Source: an uncultured Chloroflexia bacterium
GTDB taxonomy: Bacteria > Chloroflexota > Limnocylindria > Limnocylindrales > CSP1-4
Assembly: GCA_963828165.1 (NCBI GenBank)
Contig: CAWHDR010000001.1
Span: 1-64,000, forward strand
Reading direction: 5' to 3'
Length of the DNA: 64,000 nt
Below, one piece after another: positions 40,238-50,561 of the stretch. Under the pieces are notes generated by a model. It searched no databases, was not told the origin of the DNA, and saw nothing but the letters and a program-made list of their open reading frames with translations. Within the stretch, counting starts at the first letter, position 1; each line of letters opens with the position of its first letter. The position numbers and the translations under genes were made by a program.

Positions 40238-41059
40238 CTACGCGTTTGCTCGCGCAAACGTCCGGGCCGCGAACCAGACGGAGAGGACGGCGAGGATCGA
40301 CGTGATCCCGACGCCGATGACGATCTCCGGATCGCCCCACTGTCCGTTGAACAGCGACCGGGCCGCATCGACCGCGTGGGTCAAGGGATTGATCGTGCTC
40401 AGGAACTGGAGCCAGTCCGGCGCGAGCGCCATCGGCAGCAGGATCCCCGACAGCAGGAGCATCGGCATCGTCAGGCTGTTGACGAGCGGCGCGAACGCGT
40501 CCTCGCTGCGCAGGATGAGCGCCCCGCTGTACGAGAGCGGTGCGAAGACGAGCCCGATGAGGACGAGCAGCCCGAGCACCACGATCACGCCGACCGGATC
40601 GACGACGAGTCCGAGCGGGATCGCCAGCACGATCAGCAGGATCGCCTGGAGCATCAGGATCGTGGTGTCGCGCAGCGACCGACCGAGGAGCATCGCGGTC
40701 CGGCTCATCGGCGTGACGCGCATCCGCTCGATGACGCCACTGCGCAATTCCGCGATGAGCCCGAAGCCGGAGAACGCGGTCGCGAACATCGCGATCTGGA
40801 TGATCAGGCCCGGCACGAACCAGTTGAACGCGTTCGTGCCCGTGTTGGCCGCCTGGGTGGCGCCCTCGAGCAATGGACCGAACAGGAAGAGGTAGAGGAG
40901 CGGCAGCATCATCCCGAAGATGATCCAGACGGGCTGCCGGATCGTCAGCCACAGGGAGCGGTGGTAGATGAGCCAGGTGTCACGGAGGGTCTGCACGATC
41001 GGATTCCTCGTCGTGTGAACGGGGTTGACATCGATGGCGGTGGCCGCAGGTGCGCTCAT
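40238..41059 (-). CDS. ABC-2 exporter permease (DrrB-like)
   Basis: 6 TM, FVPG, ERMRVTP, LLSG..LP, NPLTHAV. Confidence 0.9.
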   Translation of the reverse strand: MSAPAATAIDVNPVHTTRNPIVQTLRDTWLIYHRSLWLTIRQPVWIIFGMMLPLLYLFLFGPLLEGATQAANTGTNAFNWFVPGLIIQIAMFATAFSGFGLIAELRSGVIERMRVTPMSRTAMLLGRSLRDTTILMLQAILLIVLAIPLGLVVDPVGVIVVLGLLVLIGLVFAPLSYSGALILRSEDAFAPLVNSLTMPMLLLSGILLPMALAPDWLQFLSTINPLTHAVDAARSLFNGQWGDPEIVIGVGITSILAVLSVWFAARTFARANA

Positions 41060-42042
41060 GCCGCCGGCTCCTCTCGAAGGGATCGGCCGGTCTGGCGCAG
41101 GAAGACGTCGTCGAGGCTCGGGCGGGCGAGGGTGATGGTCCGCGCGCTCAGCCCGGCGCCATCGAGGATCCGCAGGATCTGCGGCACGGCCGTCTCGCCC
41201 TGGTCGACGTAGAGCCGGATGAGCTCGTCCTCGCTGCTCGCCTCGCGAACGAACGCCTGATCGCGGACCGTTGCCAGGATCTGCTCGCGGTCGCCGTCGA
41301 TGCCGAGGGTGATGACGTCACCCGCGACCTGTCGCTTCAGCGCATCCGCGGTGCCCTCGGCCACGATCTTCCCGTGGTCGATGATCGCCAGCCGGTCCGC
41401 CAGCGCGTCCGCCTCCTCCAGGTAATGGGTCGTGAGGAAGACCGTCGTGCCGCGCTCGCGCAGGACGCGGATCTCGTCCCACATGCGGGCGCGCGCCTGC
41501 GGGTCGAGGCCGGTCGTCGGCTCGTCGAGGAACAGCACGGCCGGCCGGTGGACGATGCCGAGGCCCACGTCGAGCCGGCGGCGCATGCCCCCGGAGTACG
41601 TGCCGGTTCGGCGGTCAGCGGCGGCGGTCAGGTCCAGCGCGTCGAGGACCTCGATGGCTCGCGCCACCGCGGTCTTCTTGTCCATCCCATACAGGCGACC
41701 CTGGATGACCAGTTCGCCGCGGCCCGTCTCGGACGGGTCGGTGGAGCCGCCCTGCGGCACGTACCCGATGCGGCGCCGGACTTCCTGGGGTTCCCGGGCG
41801 AGATCGACGCCGGCGACGGTGGCGCTGCCGGAGGTCGGCGACAAGAGTGTGGCCAGCATCCGCAGGGTCGTCGTCTTGCCGGCTCCGTTCGGCCCGAGGA
41901 AGCCGAAGATCTCGCCGGCACCCACCTCGAGGTCGACGCCGCGGACGGCCTCGACGTCGTCCGCCTTGCCGCGGATCCTGAAGGTCCGCCGCAGCTCGTG
42001 GGTCTCGATCATCCTCTGGTTCGATCTGATCATCGTGACCAT
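41056..42042 (-). CDS. ABC exporter ATP-binding protein (DrrA-like)
   Basis: GPNGAGKTT, YSGGMRRR, FLDEPTTGLDP, TTHY, PSLDDVF. Confidence 0.95.
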   Translation of the reverse strand: MVTMIRSNQRMIETHELRRTFRIRGKADDVEAVRGVDLEVGAGEIFGFLGPNGAGKTTTLRMLATLLSPTSGSATVAGVDLAREPQEVRRRIGYVPQGGSTDPSETGRGELVIQGRLYGMDKKTAVARAIEVLDALDLTAAADRRTGTYSGGMRRRLDVGLGIVHRPAVLFLDEPTTGLDPQARARMWDEIRVLRERGTTVFLTTHYLEEADALADRLAIIDHGKIVAEGTADALKRQVAGDVITLGIDGDREQILATVRDQAFVREASSEDELIRLYVDQGETAVPQILRILDGAGLSARTITLARPSLDDVFLRQTGRSLREEPAA

Positions 42043-42108
42043 GTCCTTTCCGGTGCCGGGCCGCTATGCTGAGTCGGGTCACTTGCGCCGTTCAGCATCT
42101 TGGGTCAT

Positions 42109-42127
42109 TATCTGCACGGTTCAGATA
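42109..42127. promoter_or_regulatory. Candidate MarR operator TATCTG-N7-CAGATA
   Basis: Inverted repeat in the divergent ABC/MarR intergenic region; a related half-site TCAGCAT lies at ~42092. Confidence 0.5.
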
Positions 42128-42154
42128 GTTACCCATACAGAAGCTGGTGTCAAC

Positions 42155-43246
42155 ATGGAGCGAAGTCAACGGGTCGATAGCGTCGTCAGGGCGCTTCGAC
42201 GAGTGAACGTCCAGGGGTCGGTCTTCGGCCAGTCCGTCGCTATCCGATTGGGGCTGTCCGAATCGGACATCGACGCGCTCGAGCTGCTCATCGACACGGG
42301 CGCCGCGACGGCCGGCAAGCTGGCGGACCTGATGGGCCTTACCAGCGGCGCCGTCACCCGCGTGATCGACCGCCTGGAGCAGGCGGGCTATGTCCGTCGC
42401 ACGACCGATCCGGCCGACCGCCGGCGGGTCGTCATCGAGGTCGTCCCCGAGCGGGTCGCGACGGTCGAGACGCTGCTCGACTCACTCGAACGCGCCTTCG
42501 CCAAGGAGGCGGCCCAGTACTCCCCCGAACAGCTCGAGACCATCCAGGGCTTTCTCGGACGGATGGCCGAGCTCACCCAGACCGAGGCGGCACGGCTGCG
42601 CACGACGCCCGATGCGAGCGATCCCGCCGACCATGGACCGGCCGACTACTCGGCCCCACGCGGCGGGATCGAGGAAGCCAGCCTCATGTTCCGCTCGGGC
42701 ATGCAGGAGCTCCGGCTCCGGCCCCACCGGAGCGCGACCGAGCTGTATCGCGCCCGATTCGACGGCGCCACACCGCAGGTCCGCGTCCGCGATGGCCGCG
42801 TGCAGGTGAGCTTCCGCGGCGGGTTCTTCGACTGGCGCAAGCGCGCGGCGACGATGGCATTGAGCGTCGAGCTACCCTGGACCATCGAGATCGTCGGCGG
42901 GATCCAGCGGGTCGAGGCGGACCTGCGGACGGTCCCCGTCCGTCGCCTGGAGCTCACGGGCGGCGTCGAGCGGGTCCAGCTCGAGCTGGGCCGGCCCGAG
43001 GGCGAGGTGTCCGTCCGGATCGTGGGGGGCGCGAAGACGATCCGCGTCGAGCGCCCGGGCGGAACGCCGATCCAGCTTCGGGTCCGTGGCGGCGCCTCAC
43101 AAGTCGAGCTCGACGGCCAATCCCTCGGCGCACGGGCCGGCGATATCGCCCTCGACAGTCGGGGCTGGAGCGGATCGAGCGATCGCTACGCCCTCGAGGT
43201 CATCGGCGGCGCGAAGACCATCACGGTCGTCGAGCGGCGGGACTGA
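42155..43246 (+). CDS. MarR family regulator fused to a C-terminal beta-rich domain
   Basis: TAGKLADLMGLTSGAVTRVIDRLEQAGYVRR..DPADRRRV; ~200-aa C-terminal extension with repeated (V/I)xGG motifs. Confidence 0.85.
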   Translation: MERSQRVDSVVRALRRVNVQGSVFGQSVAIRLGLSESDIDALELLIDTGAATAGKLADLMGLTSGAVTRVIDRLEQAGYVRRTTDPADRRRVVIEVVPERVATVETLLDSLERAFAKEAAQYSPEQLETIQGFLGRMAELTQTEAARLRTTPDASDPADHGPADYSAPRGGIEEASLMFRSGMQELRLRPHRSATELYRARFDGATPQVRVRDGRVQVSFRGGFFDWRKRAATMALSVELPWTIEIVGGIQRVEADLRTVPVRRLELTGGVERVQLELGRPEGEVSVRIVGGAKTIRVERPGGTPIQLRVRGGASQVELDGQSLGARAGDIALDSRGWSGSSDRYALEVIGGAKTITVVERRD

Positions 43247-43709
43247 TCACTCCGTTCGCAGGCGGGCGACCACCTCGGTCGCGCGGTTGAGGCGCGTCTC
43301 GGACCGCTTGGCTGCGCCGACGTGATCGGCGTGTTCGCGTCGTCGCGACGGGGCGAGGCCGTCGAACGCGGTGCGGCGCCGGGGGATCCGCCGCGAGGGC
43401 GTGGACGAGCTCCGGCGGGAGCGTGATGTCGGCCGAACGCGAGCGCTCGTCGCGCTCGAGGTCGAATTCGACGGTGTCGCCGGCGACCTTGCCGATCGCC
43501 TCCCGGGTGGCCTTGTTCACGGCCATCACGACCTGCCGGCCGACGCCTTCGAAGGTGTACGGCATGAACTGGTGACGGATCGGATGGCCATCGATCGTGC
43601 CGGCCACCGAGGTCCGGCCGGTCGCCCTCAGCGCGTCGACCACCTCGGCCGGGATGACGACGAACGTCCCGCCTTCGATCGGCTCAAGGCGGGCCGTGAA
43701 CTGCGCCAC
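43247..43709 (-). CDS. DUF1905/YdeI-OmpD-associated-like protein (apparent +1 frameshift near 43378)
   Basis: FTARLE..GGTFVVIP, VAGTIDG, REAIGKVAGDTV, LPPEL..AL; shifted tail AFDGLAPSRRREHADHVGAAKRSETR. Confidence 0.75.
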
Positions 43710-43711
43710 GG

Positions 43712-44419
43712 TCAGACGCCGGGGCCGGGCCGAGCGAGGTGGTCGAGGAATTCGGAGCGGGTCCGGTCCCGCGTGCGGAACAGCCCCAGGACCGACGAGG
43801 TCGTCATCACCGTGCCGGGCTTGCGCACGCCGCGCATGACCGCGCACAGGTGGGTCGCCTCGATGACGACGCCGACGCCCTGCGGCTCCAGCCGATCCTC
43901 CAGGAAGTGGGCGATCTCCTGGGTCAGCCGCTCCTGGACCTGCAGCCGGCGGGCATACGTCTCGACGATGCGCGGGATCTTGGACAGCCCGATGACCCGG
44001 CCGCGCGGGATGTACGCCACGGCGGCCGTCCCGAAGAACGGCAGCAGGTGGTGCTCGCACAGCGAGTAGAACGGGATGTCCTTGACGATCACCATCTCGC
44101 TGTAGTCGACATCGAAGATCGCGCCGTTGATCAACCGATCGGGATCGACGTGATAGCCCGCGGTCAGCTCGGTATACATGCGATGCACGCGCTCCGGGGT
44201 CCCGAGCAGGCCCTGGCGATCGGGATCCTCGCCGATCTCGAGCAGGATCTCGCGGACGGCGGCCTCCACCTTGCCGTTGTCGGTTGGTGCCTCGCCCGCG
44301 TGGTCGCGGCCGCGCGAACCCGTGATGTCGTCGGTGGCGACCGACGTCTCGCCGATCTCGTTCTCGATCTCGTCGACCAGGCGGCGGACGTTGGGTGGGA
44401 GCTCGGTCGGGCTGGGCAT
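43712..44419 (-). CDS. folE: GTP cyclohydrolase I
   Basis: [47 protein letters not shown]. Confidence 0.96.
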   Translation of the reverse strand: MPSPTELPPNVRRLVDEIENEIGETSVATDDITGSRGRDHAGEAPTDNGKVEAAVREILLEIGEDPDRQGLLGTPERVHRMYTELTAGYHVDPDRLINGAIFDVDYSEMVIVKDIPFYSLCEHHLLPFFGTAAVAYIPRGRVIGLSKIPRIVETYARRLQVQERLTQEIAHFLEDRLEPQGVGVVIEATHLCAVMRGVRKPGTVMTTSSVLGLFRTRDRTRSEFLDHLARPGPGV

Positions 44420-44442
44420 GGTCGCGATGGTACGCCCAAGTG

Positions 44443-45561
44443 TCAGCCGGCGACGGCGCCGCTCTCGCTGAAGCCGCTCGAGGGCATCGGATCGAAGTCG
44501 CGGCCCTCGGCGCCACGCAGCCAGGCTCGGGCGTTCTCACCGAGCGAGGGCCGGTGGTAGCCGCCCTCCTGGAGGATCACGAGCCGCCGACCCAGCCCCG
44601 CCACGCGGCGTCCGACCTCGTGGTAGACGTCCGTCGTCAGTGCGAAATCCCCGATCGGGTCGAGGCCGTACGTGTCGAAGCCCAGCGAGACCACGACGAT
44701 GGACCCCGGGACTGCCGCGATCGCCTCGACGGCCCGGTCCGTGGCCTCGAGATAGTCCTCGTTCGTCGCGCCGGCACGCAGCGGGATGTTCAGGTTCTCA
44801 CCGGCGCCATCACCCTCCCCCGTCTCGTCCGCTCGGCCCAGGAAATACGGGTACTGGCGGTCCGGATCCGCGTGGATCGAGACGTACCGAACGTCGCCGC
44901 GCCGCCAGAAGATCTGCTGCGTGCCGTTGCCGTGGTGGTAGTCCACGTCCAGGATCGCCACCCGCTCGCCGGTGGCCTGTGTGATCGCGTGCGCGGCGAT
45001 CGCGGCGTTGTTGAAGAAGCAGTAGCCGCCGTACATCGCCCGCGCCGCGTGGTGGCCGGGTGGGCGGCAGAGGCCGTAGGCCGCGGTCTCGCCGGCCAGC
45101 ACGAGGTCCGCCGTGGTCAGCGCGACATCCACGGCCGACCTGGCGGCCGCGTACGTGCCGGCAACCAGCGGCGCGGCCGAATCCAGGCCCCAGAACCCTG
45201 CCCGACCCCCGACATGGACCGGCTCGCGCACGAGCCGAGCGATACCGTCGGGACTCATCCCTTCGAACATGGCGCGGTTCGGGTACGTGTCCGCCGACAG
45301 GAACGCACGCGGGATGCCCTGGCTGCGCACCTCGGACCACGCGGTCTCGAGGAAGCGGAGCAGGCCCTCGTCGTGGACCGCGATGATCGGATCCTCGCCG
45401 TGCTCGGTCGGGCCGGTCAGCGTGTAGCCACCGTCCGCCTCGAGCGCAGACCGGATCTTCTCGGCCCGTTCGGCGACTTCGTTGGCCGGCACGCCGACGC
45501 CCATGTAGGTCTCGGTGTCGATGTCATGGGCCAGGTGGTTCGAGCTGTAGACGACCTGCAT
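44443..45561 (-). CDS. Histone deacetylase family protein (acetylpolyamine amidohydrolase-like)
   Basis: [35 protein letters not shown]. Confidence 0.92.
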   Translation of the reverse strand: MQVVYSSNHLAHDIDTETYMGVGVPANEVAERAEKIRSALEADGGYTLTGPTEHGEDPIIAVHDEGLLRFLETAWSEVRSQGIPRAFLSADTYPNRAMFEGMSPDGIARLVREPVHVGGRAGFWGLDSAAPLVAGTYAAARSAVDVALTTADLVLAGETAAYGLCRPPGHHAARAMYGGYCFFNNAAIAAHAITQATGERVAILDVDYHHGNGTQQIFWRRGDVRYVSIHADPDRQYPYFLGRADETGEGDGAGENLNIPLRAGATNEDYLEATDRAVEAIAAVPGSIVVVSLGFDTYGLDPIGDFALTTDVYHEVGRRVAGLGRRLVILQEGGYHRPSLGENARAWLRGAEGRDFDPMPSSGFSESGAVAG

Positions 45562-45595
45562 CGCGTCCTCGTCGTCGGGAGATGTGGGGGCGCGG

Positions 45596-46570
45596 CTAGC
45601 GGCCGCGACCGTCGATGGAGGCGATCGCCGCGGCAACCTCGTCCGGACGGTAGCGCATGAGGTTGTGACCGTCATCACCGAATGACACCTGGTCGATCGG
45701 CCCGCGGCCGGCAGTCTCCCGCGCAGCCGAGACCGCGGCGAGGGCCGCCGCACGTGACCCGGTGTCATCGTCGGCGGCGATGAGGGCGGTGATCGGGGGG
45801 TCGACGGCGGTCAGCGCGCTTACCGGGTCGTAGGTGAACATGGCGCGGACACAGGCCTCGAGGGCGTGCGGCCTGGTCGCGGGGACGACGCGGCCGGCGT
45901 GGGTCTCGACGACCGTGGCTCGCGCCGCTCGGTCCTGGTCCGCGTCCCACGAGCTCGGGTCGAACCGCGAGCGGTCGGCAAGAAACGCCGGCAGCGAGCG
46001 CATGACCTCAGGGGGCTCGTCCAGGCCCCGCAGGAATTCGTCGACGTCGAGGCCGGTGCTGGCTTCCAGGGACTCCCAGCCGCCGTCGACCAGGATGAGG
46101 CCGGCGCAGTTTGTCCCCATCTGGAGGGCCGCGGTCGCAGCCACGATCGCCCCGAACCCATGACCAGCGAGCACCACTCCCGTGGCCTCGCGGTCACCAC
46201 CGAGCAGGCCGGAGCCCTCGGCGACCGCCTCGACGTCCGAGGCGAGGACGGCGAGGTCGTAGGCGCCGTCATCGGTCGGCGCGTCCGATAGCCCGTGGCC
46301 GCGCAGGTCCATCGAGACGAACCTTCGCGACCCCGCTGATCCCCCGAGGCGGCGCGCGACCGGGGCCCAGATCCAGCCGGTCTGCGAGAGCCCGTGGATC
46401 GCCAGCACGCCCCACGAGCGCGGCCCGTCCGCCGTCCCTGCCCCGCTCGTCCCGCCCGCCCCGCCCCAATCGAGGAAATGGATGCGCTCTCCGGATCCCG
46501 CGATGACGACGAAGCCTTCCGGCTCGAAGGTCTGGTCCGGGACGAGAGCGGTGGGAGGTGGCGGCGCCAT
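45596..46570 (-). CDS. Alpha/beta hydrolase fold protein (atypical nucleophile elbow)
   Basis: IHGL, DLRGHGLS, AGHGFG, C-terminal GHNL. Confidence 0.8.
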   Translation of the reverse strand: MAPPPPTALVPDQTFEPEGFVVIAGSGERIHFLDWGGAGGTSGAGTADGPRSWGVLAIHGLSQTGWIWAPVARRLGGSAGSRRFVSMDLRGHGLSDAPTDDGAYDLAVLASDVEAVAEGSGLLGGDREATGVVLAGHGFGAIVAATAALQMGTNCAGLILVDGGWESLEASTGLDVDEFLRGLDEPPEVMRSLPAFLADRSRFDPSSWDADQDRAARATVVETHAGRVVPATRPHALEACVRAMFTYDPVSALTAVDPPITALIAADDDTGSRAAALAAVSAARETAGRGPIDQVSFGDDGHNLMRYRPDEVAAAIASIDGRGR

Positions 46571-46591
46571 CGGCCCTAGGATACGGGCGCC

Positions 46592-47014
46592 ATGCCGAAG
46601 CGCCGCCGAGGTTCCCGCTCAGCGCGCTGCCGGGCCTCGTCCCGCCTCACTCGCCATCGCCGCTTCGAAGACCTGGTCGACGAGGCCCTTGCGACCATCC
46701 CGATGCCGTTCGCGGCGGCCCTCGACGAGGTCGCGATCGTCATCGACGACGAGCCGACGCCCGACCAGCTGAACCACAACGAGATCGAGACCGGCGACAC
46801 GCTATACGGCCTGTACGAGGGGATCCCGCGAACCGAATGGGGCGCCGACTGGGTCGCCGAACCAAATCGGATCGTGCTCTTCCGACTGCCACTCGAAGCG
46901 GATTTCGCGGACCCCGACGACCTCGCCGACGAGGTCTGGGTCACCGTCGTCCACGAGCTCGCGCACCACCTGGGCATCGACGACGACCGCCTCCACGCCC
47001 TCGGGGTGGACTGA
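46592..47014 (+). CDS. Zincin-like metallopeptidase (Zincin_1/DUF1025-like)
   Basis: LYGLYEGIP, HELAHHLGIDD. Confidence 0.88.
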   Translation: MPKRRRGSRSARCRASSRLTRHRRFEDLVDEALATIPMPFAAALDEVAIVIDDEPTPDQLNHNEIETGDTLYGLYEGIPRTEWGADWVAEPNRIVLFRLPLEADFADPDDLADEVWVTVVHELAHHLGIDDDRLHALGVD

Positions 47015-47052
47015 GGGTCGGGTCTCGCCATCGGCGCGGACCGCGTGTTGAC

Positions 47053-48408
47053 CTAGCCGACGATCGTCGAAACGGTCAGCGCCAGACCGGCTGCGCCGAG
47101 CACGAACCCGAGCAGCATCGAGCGGGTCAGCCAACGGAACCGGGGACGCCCCGGAAGCCGGATGTCCGGGTCCTCCGGACCGCCAGATCGCACGCGATCG
47201 AGCCCGAGGGTCGCGTGGGTCAGACCCAGGAACATCACCACCTGGGGTGCCACCGTGATCGCGGTCACCGTGAAGATCAGCGTCCCGAATGCGAAGGTCA
47301 CCGCCACGACCCCGATCGTGGTCGCCGCCAGTCCGATCGCCGAGGATTCGGGACCGAACCCGAGACTCCCGAACAGCCGCAACACGACGTCGAGACCGGC
47401 CGAGATGCCGAACAGGACGAGGAGGGCGGTGATGGTCTCGAACACGACCACGATCGCGGCCGCCATCTTGCGGGCACGGAAGACCCAGAACGAGCGGCGG
47501 AGCGCCTCGAACGGGTTGACGTCACCGAGCACGACGCCAGCCAGGACGTAGGCGAACGGCCCGCCGATCAGCGCCGTGACCAGGGTGGAGGTGATGACGG
47601 ACGCTTCGACCGCCTCCCCGAACGTCGGCGCGAAGAACTCGGACACGACGCCCTGGACGAAGAACACCGGGATGCCGGCGAGGAATGACGCAAGGATCGC
47701 GGACCAGAACATCCGGCGCGAGCGCGCCAGCGCCCGGCGGGTCGAGACGGGCCGCTCGATCATGCGACTCGCGAGGACCGTCATGGCCAGGCACCGGGAT
47801 TCGACCCAAGCGACGACGAGCCCGGTGAACGCCAGCAGCCCGAGGCCGGCGAACAGCGCCTCGGCGTTCGGGGCGATGCCCTCCTCGAATTCGGCGAGGC
47901 CGCGCTCTGTCTCGACGACGACCAGGCCCCACGACGCGAGCGCGAGCGGACCGACCGTCCCAAGCACGATGAGACCGATGTAGAACGACGCACGGCGCAT
48001 GTCGGCACCCGAGCGGCCCAGCAGGTCGAAGCTCGCGGTCAGCAGTCGACTCGTCGTGACGAGCGGGATCTCCGGAGGCGGACCGCTTGGAAGGGCGGAC
48101 GGGAGTGGCGCCGCCGGCTGCAACGGGGTGGCTGGCGCCACGGGCGTAGCGGCGGGATCGGGGGGCGTTGGCGGCGGCGCGACAAACGGTTCGGCGGGCG
48201 CGGCCATGGCTGGAGCGACGGACGGTTCCGTCAGCGCCGCGGCTGGAGCGACGGACGGTTCGGTTGGCGCAGCCACCGCTGGAGCGACGGGCGCCTCGGA
48301 CTCAGGCTGGGAGGCCGGCGTCGGCGTGGGCAGGTCCACCCACGGCGGCTCGGCCGCGCCCGAGGGCTGCGCCGTTGGTGCCTCCTCCGCCTCCTCTTCG
48401 TCGGTCAC
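47053..48408 (-). CDS. Integral membrane protein with Pro/Ala-rich repetitive N-terminus
   Basis: Several TM segments, 'EALRRSF' motif, ~33-bp repeats near 48200-48290. Confidence 0.7.
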   Translation of the reverse strand: MTDEEEAEEAPTAQPSGAAEPPWVDLPTPTPASQPESEAPVAPAVAAPTEPSVAPAAALTEPSVAPAMAAPAEPFVAPPPTPPDPAATPVAPATPLQPAAPLPSALPSGPPPEIPLVTTSRLLTASFDLLGRSGADMRRASFYIGLIVLGTVGPLALASWGLVVVETERGLAEFEEGIAPNAEALFAGLGLLAFTGLVVAWVESRCLAMTVLASRMIERPVSTRRALARSRRMFWSAILASFLAGIPVFFVQGVVSEFFAPTFGEAVEASVITSTLVTALIGGPFAYVLAGVVLGDVNPFEALRRSFWVFRARKMAAAIVVVFETITALLVLFGISAGLDVVLRLFGSLGFGPESSAIGLAATTIGVVAVTFAFGTLIFTVTAITVAPQVVMFLGLTHATLGLDRVRSGGPEDPDIRLPGRPRFRWLTRSMLLGFVLGAAGLALTVSTIVG

Positions 48409-49448
48409 GTCGCTCCGCCTGGCAGTGTCCCGGCCGCCGCCATCAGCTCGCCAAGCCGGCTGACTTCGACGTTCCCGCCCGACAGCAACACGCCGACCCG
48501 CTCGCCATTGCGAATCTCGATCCGGCCGGCCAGGACCGCCGCCAGAGCTGCCGCGCCGGCGGGCTCGACGACCTGCTTGAGCCGTTCCAGGGCGAAGCGC
48601 AGGCCGGCGAGGATCGTCGGGTCGTCGAGCAGCACGATGTCATCGACATACCGCCGGGCCATCGCCAGCGTCCACACGCCCGCGAAGGGCGCCCCGAGCC
48701 CGTCGGCGACCGACTGCGGCTGGATCGTCACGACCTCGTTCCGTTCGAGCGCGAGTGACATCGCATTGGACCGGTCCGGCTCCACCCCGATGATCCGGAT
48801 CCCCGGGCGCACGCCCTTGGCAGCCGCCGCGACGCCCGAGATCAGCCCTCCGCCGCCGACGCCGACCACGAGCACGTCGAGGTCGGGCACGTCGTCGAGG
48901 AACTCGAGCCCGGCGGTCCCGTTTCCGGCGATGACGGCAGGGTCGTTGAACGGATGCACGAACGTGAGGCCTTCGACGTCGCGGATCCGCTCCATCTCGG
49001 CGAAGGTGTCGCCGACGTGATCACCGTGCAGGACGACTCGCGCTCCGTATCCGAGGCACGCCTCGACCTTGGATCGCACCGCGCCCGCCGGCATGACGAC
49101 CGTGACCGGCACACCGACGGCCCGACCGGCCCATCCGTACGCCTGCCCGGCGTTCCCCGCCGACAGGGTGATGACGCCCCGCTCGCGCGCGTCAGGCGTG
49201 AGCGTCGCGATCCGGTTCGACATCCCGCGGGCCTTGAAGGACCCGGTCTTCTGCAGGTGCTCGGCCTTGAGGTACAGGCGCTCGTCGCGCAACGTGGCGC
49301 CGGTCGCGACGCGGACCCAGGCGGCCGCCGTGGTGGAGGTCAGGACCGGCGTGCGGTGGACCAGGCCCAACAGACGGTCCGCGGCGGCCCGGATGTCCCC
49401 GATCGGGACGTCGAGTTCGGGCTCGGCGCGTGCGTCGACCTCGGGCAT
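48405..49448 (-). CDS. PLP-dependent threonine/serine dehydratase family protein (no ACT domain)
   Basis: KAEHLQKTGSFKARG, SAGNAG, VGGGGL, EPAGA, SGGN. Confidence 0.9.
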   Translation of the reverse strand: MPEVDARAEPELDVPIGDIRAAADRLLGLVHRTPVLTSTTAAAWVRVATGATLRDERLYLKAEHLQKTGSFKARGMSNRIATLTPDARERGVITLSAGNAGQAYGWAGRAVGVPVTVVMPAGAVRSKVEACLGYGARVVLHGDHVGDTFAEMERIRDVEGLTFVHPFNDPAVIAGNGTAGLEFLDDVPDLDVLVVGVGGGGLISGVAAAAKGVRPGIRIIGVEPDRSNAMSLALERNEVVTIQPQSVADGLGAPFAGVWTLAMARRYVDDIVLLDDPTILAGLRFALERLKQVVEPAGAAALAAVLAGRIEIRNGERVGVLLSGGNVEVSRLGELMAAAGTLPGGAT

Positions 49449-49529
49449 GCGGCGGAGTATCGCATGGCCCACGCTCGGGTCCGCCTGGCCACCGGCCCGT
49501 CGCCCACGCCCGAGATCGTCGCTCGGCTA

Positions 49530-49547
49530 CTTGCGTGTTTGCGCAAG
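49530..49547. promoter_or_regulatory. Candidate ArsR operator CTTGCG-N6-CGCAAG
   Basis: Perfect 6-bp inverted repeat ~20 nt upstream of the ArsR start. Confidence 0.45.
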
Positions 49548-49566
49548 CACTGATACCGTCATCGCA

Positions 49567-49866
49567 GTGTTGGATTACCTGCCAGTCTCCGCGGAGCCCG
49601 ATCGCGAGCGGTACGCCGCCGTCGGACGAGCGCTCGCGGATCCCAAGCGCCTGTGTGTCCTCGAGTCGCTCGCCATCGGCGAGCTCTCGGTCAGCGACCT
49701 CAGCACCCGGGTCGGCTGCCAGGTTCCCAACATGAGCCAGCACCTCGCGGTGCTCCGCCGGGCGGGTCTCGTGACCAGCCGGCGCGACGGCAACACCATC
49801 CTCTACCGCCTCACGGACCAGCGCGTCCTCGAGGCGTATCGACTCATCCAGGACATCGCCCGCTAG
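49567..49866 (+). CDS. ArsR/SmtB family transcriptional regulator
   Basis: RALADPKRL, SQHLAVLRRAGLV..RRDG..ILYRL. Confidence 0.9.
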   Translation: MLDYLPVSAEPDRERYAAVGRALADPKRLCVLESLAIGELSVSDLSTRVGCQVPNMSQHLAVLRRAGLVTSRRDGNTILYRLTDQRVLEAYRLIQDIAR

Positions 49867-49884
49867 GCGGGAGGAGGCATATCA

Positions 49885-50259
49885 ATGGCGGAGATCAGGC
49901 ACGTCACCGACGAGAACTTCGAGGAGCTCGTGCTCAAGAGCGAGCGCCCCACGGTCGTCGACTTCTGGGCCGTGTGGTGCGGACCCTGCAAGATGGTGGC
50001 CCCGGAAATGGAGAAGCTCGCGGCCAAGTACGACGGCAAGGTGGACGTCGTCAAGGTCGACGTGGACGCAAATCCGCGCCTTTCCCAGGCGTTCAACATC
50101 ATGAGCATTCCGACGATCGCGTTCTTCAAGCCGGGCGCCACGCCCCAGGGCGTCGTCGGTTTCCGGCCGCTCGAGCAGCTCGAGGTGCAGTTCGGCCTGG
50201 CCGAGTTCGAACCCACTGCGGCCGATACTCCCGCCACCGAGTCCGTCTCCGCCGACTGA
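49885..50259 (+). CDS. trxA: Thioredoxin
   Basis: DFWAVWCGPCK, IMSIPT; GGAGG RBS. Confidence 0.93.
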   Translation: MAEIRHVTDENFEELVLKSERPTVVDFWAVWCGPCKMVAPEMEKLAAKYDGKVDVVKVDVDANPRLSQAFNIMSIPTIAFFKPGATPQGVVGFRPLEQLEVQFGLAEFEPTAADTPATESVSAD

Positions 50260-50285
50260 CCCTCCAAGACTCCCGAACGCCCGTT

Positions 50286-50311
50286 CGACCCCGGCTCCGG
50301 CCGGGGTTGTT
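50286..50311 (+). terminator. Terminator-like hairpin after trxA
   Basis: CGACCCCGGC-TCCG-GCCGGGGTTG then TT. Confidence 0.55.
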
Positions 50312-50561
50312 CGATTCCCGGGCCGGTCGTCAATGGGAGGCACAGTTCGTCAACGAGTGGCGTGGTCTCATCCTTGGCGTCAGCCTCAGTCACCCTTCGC
50401 CCACAGGCGTGCGTGAACGAATCCCCAGATTGCATCCGAGCGCGCTTTTAGCTGTCGGTCACGCAGGGATGTCGGAGATTCGTGCCTACCAGTGACACTA
50501 GATCGTGTCGGCGCGCCGCGATCGACTGGCACAGCCCGAGGTCGTTCGACCTCGCAAGGGA

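Noticed and set aside
38189-41212. Long 1007-aa plus-strand ORF (and other long antisense ORFs such as 28737-30638, 53653-55419)
   Set aside because: Shadow frames of well-supported opposite-strand genes in high-GC DNA; no recognisable motifs
50312-50560. Degenerate inverted repeats (AGGCAC...GTGCCT, ACGAATC/GATTCGT) after trxA
   Set aside because: Too short and mismatched to separate from chance; no second locus seen
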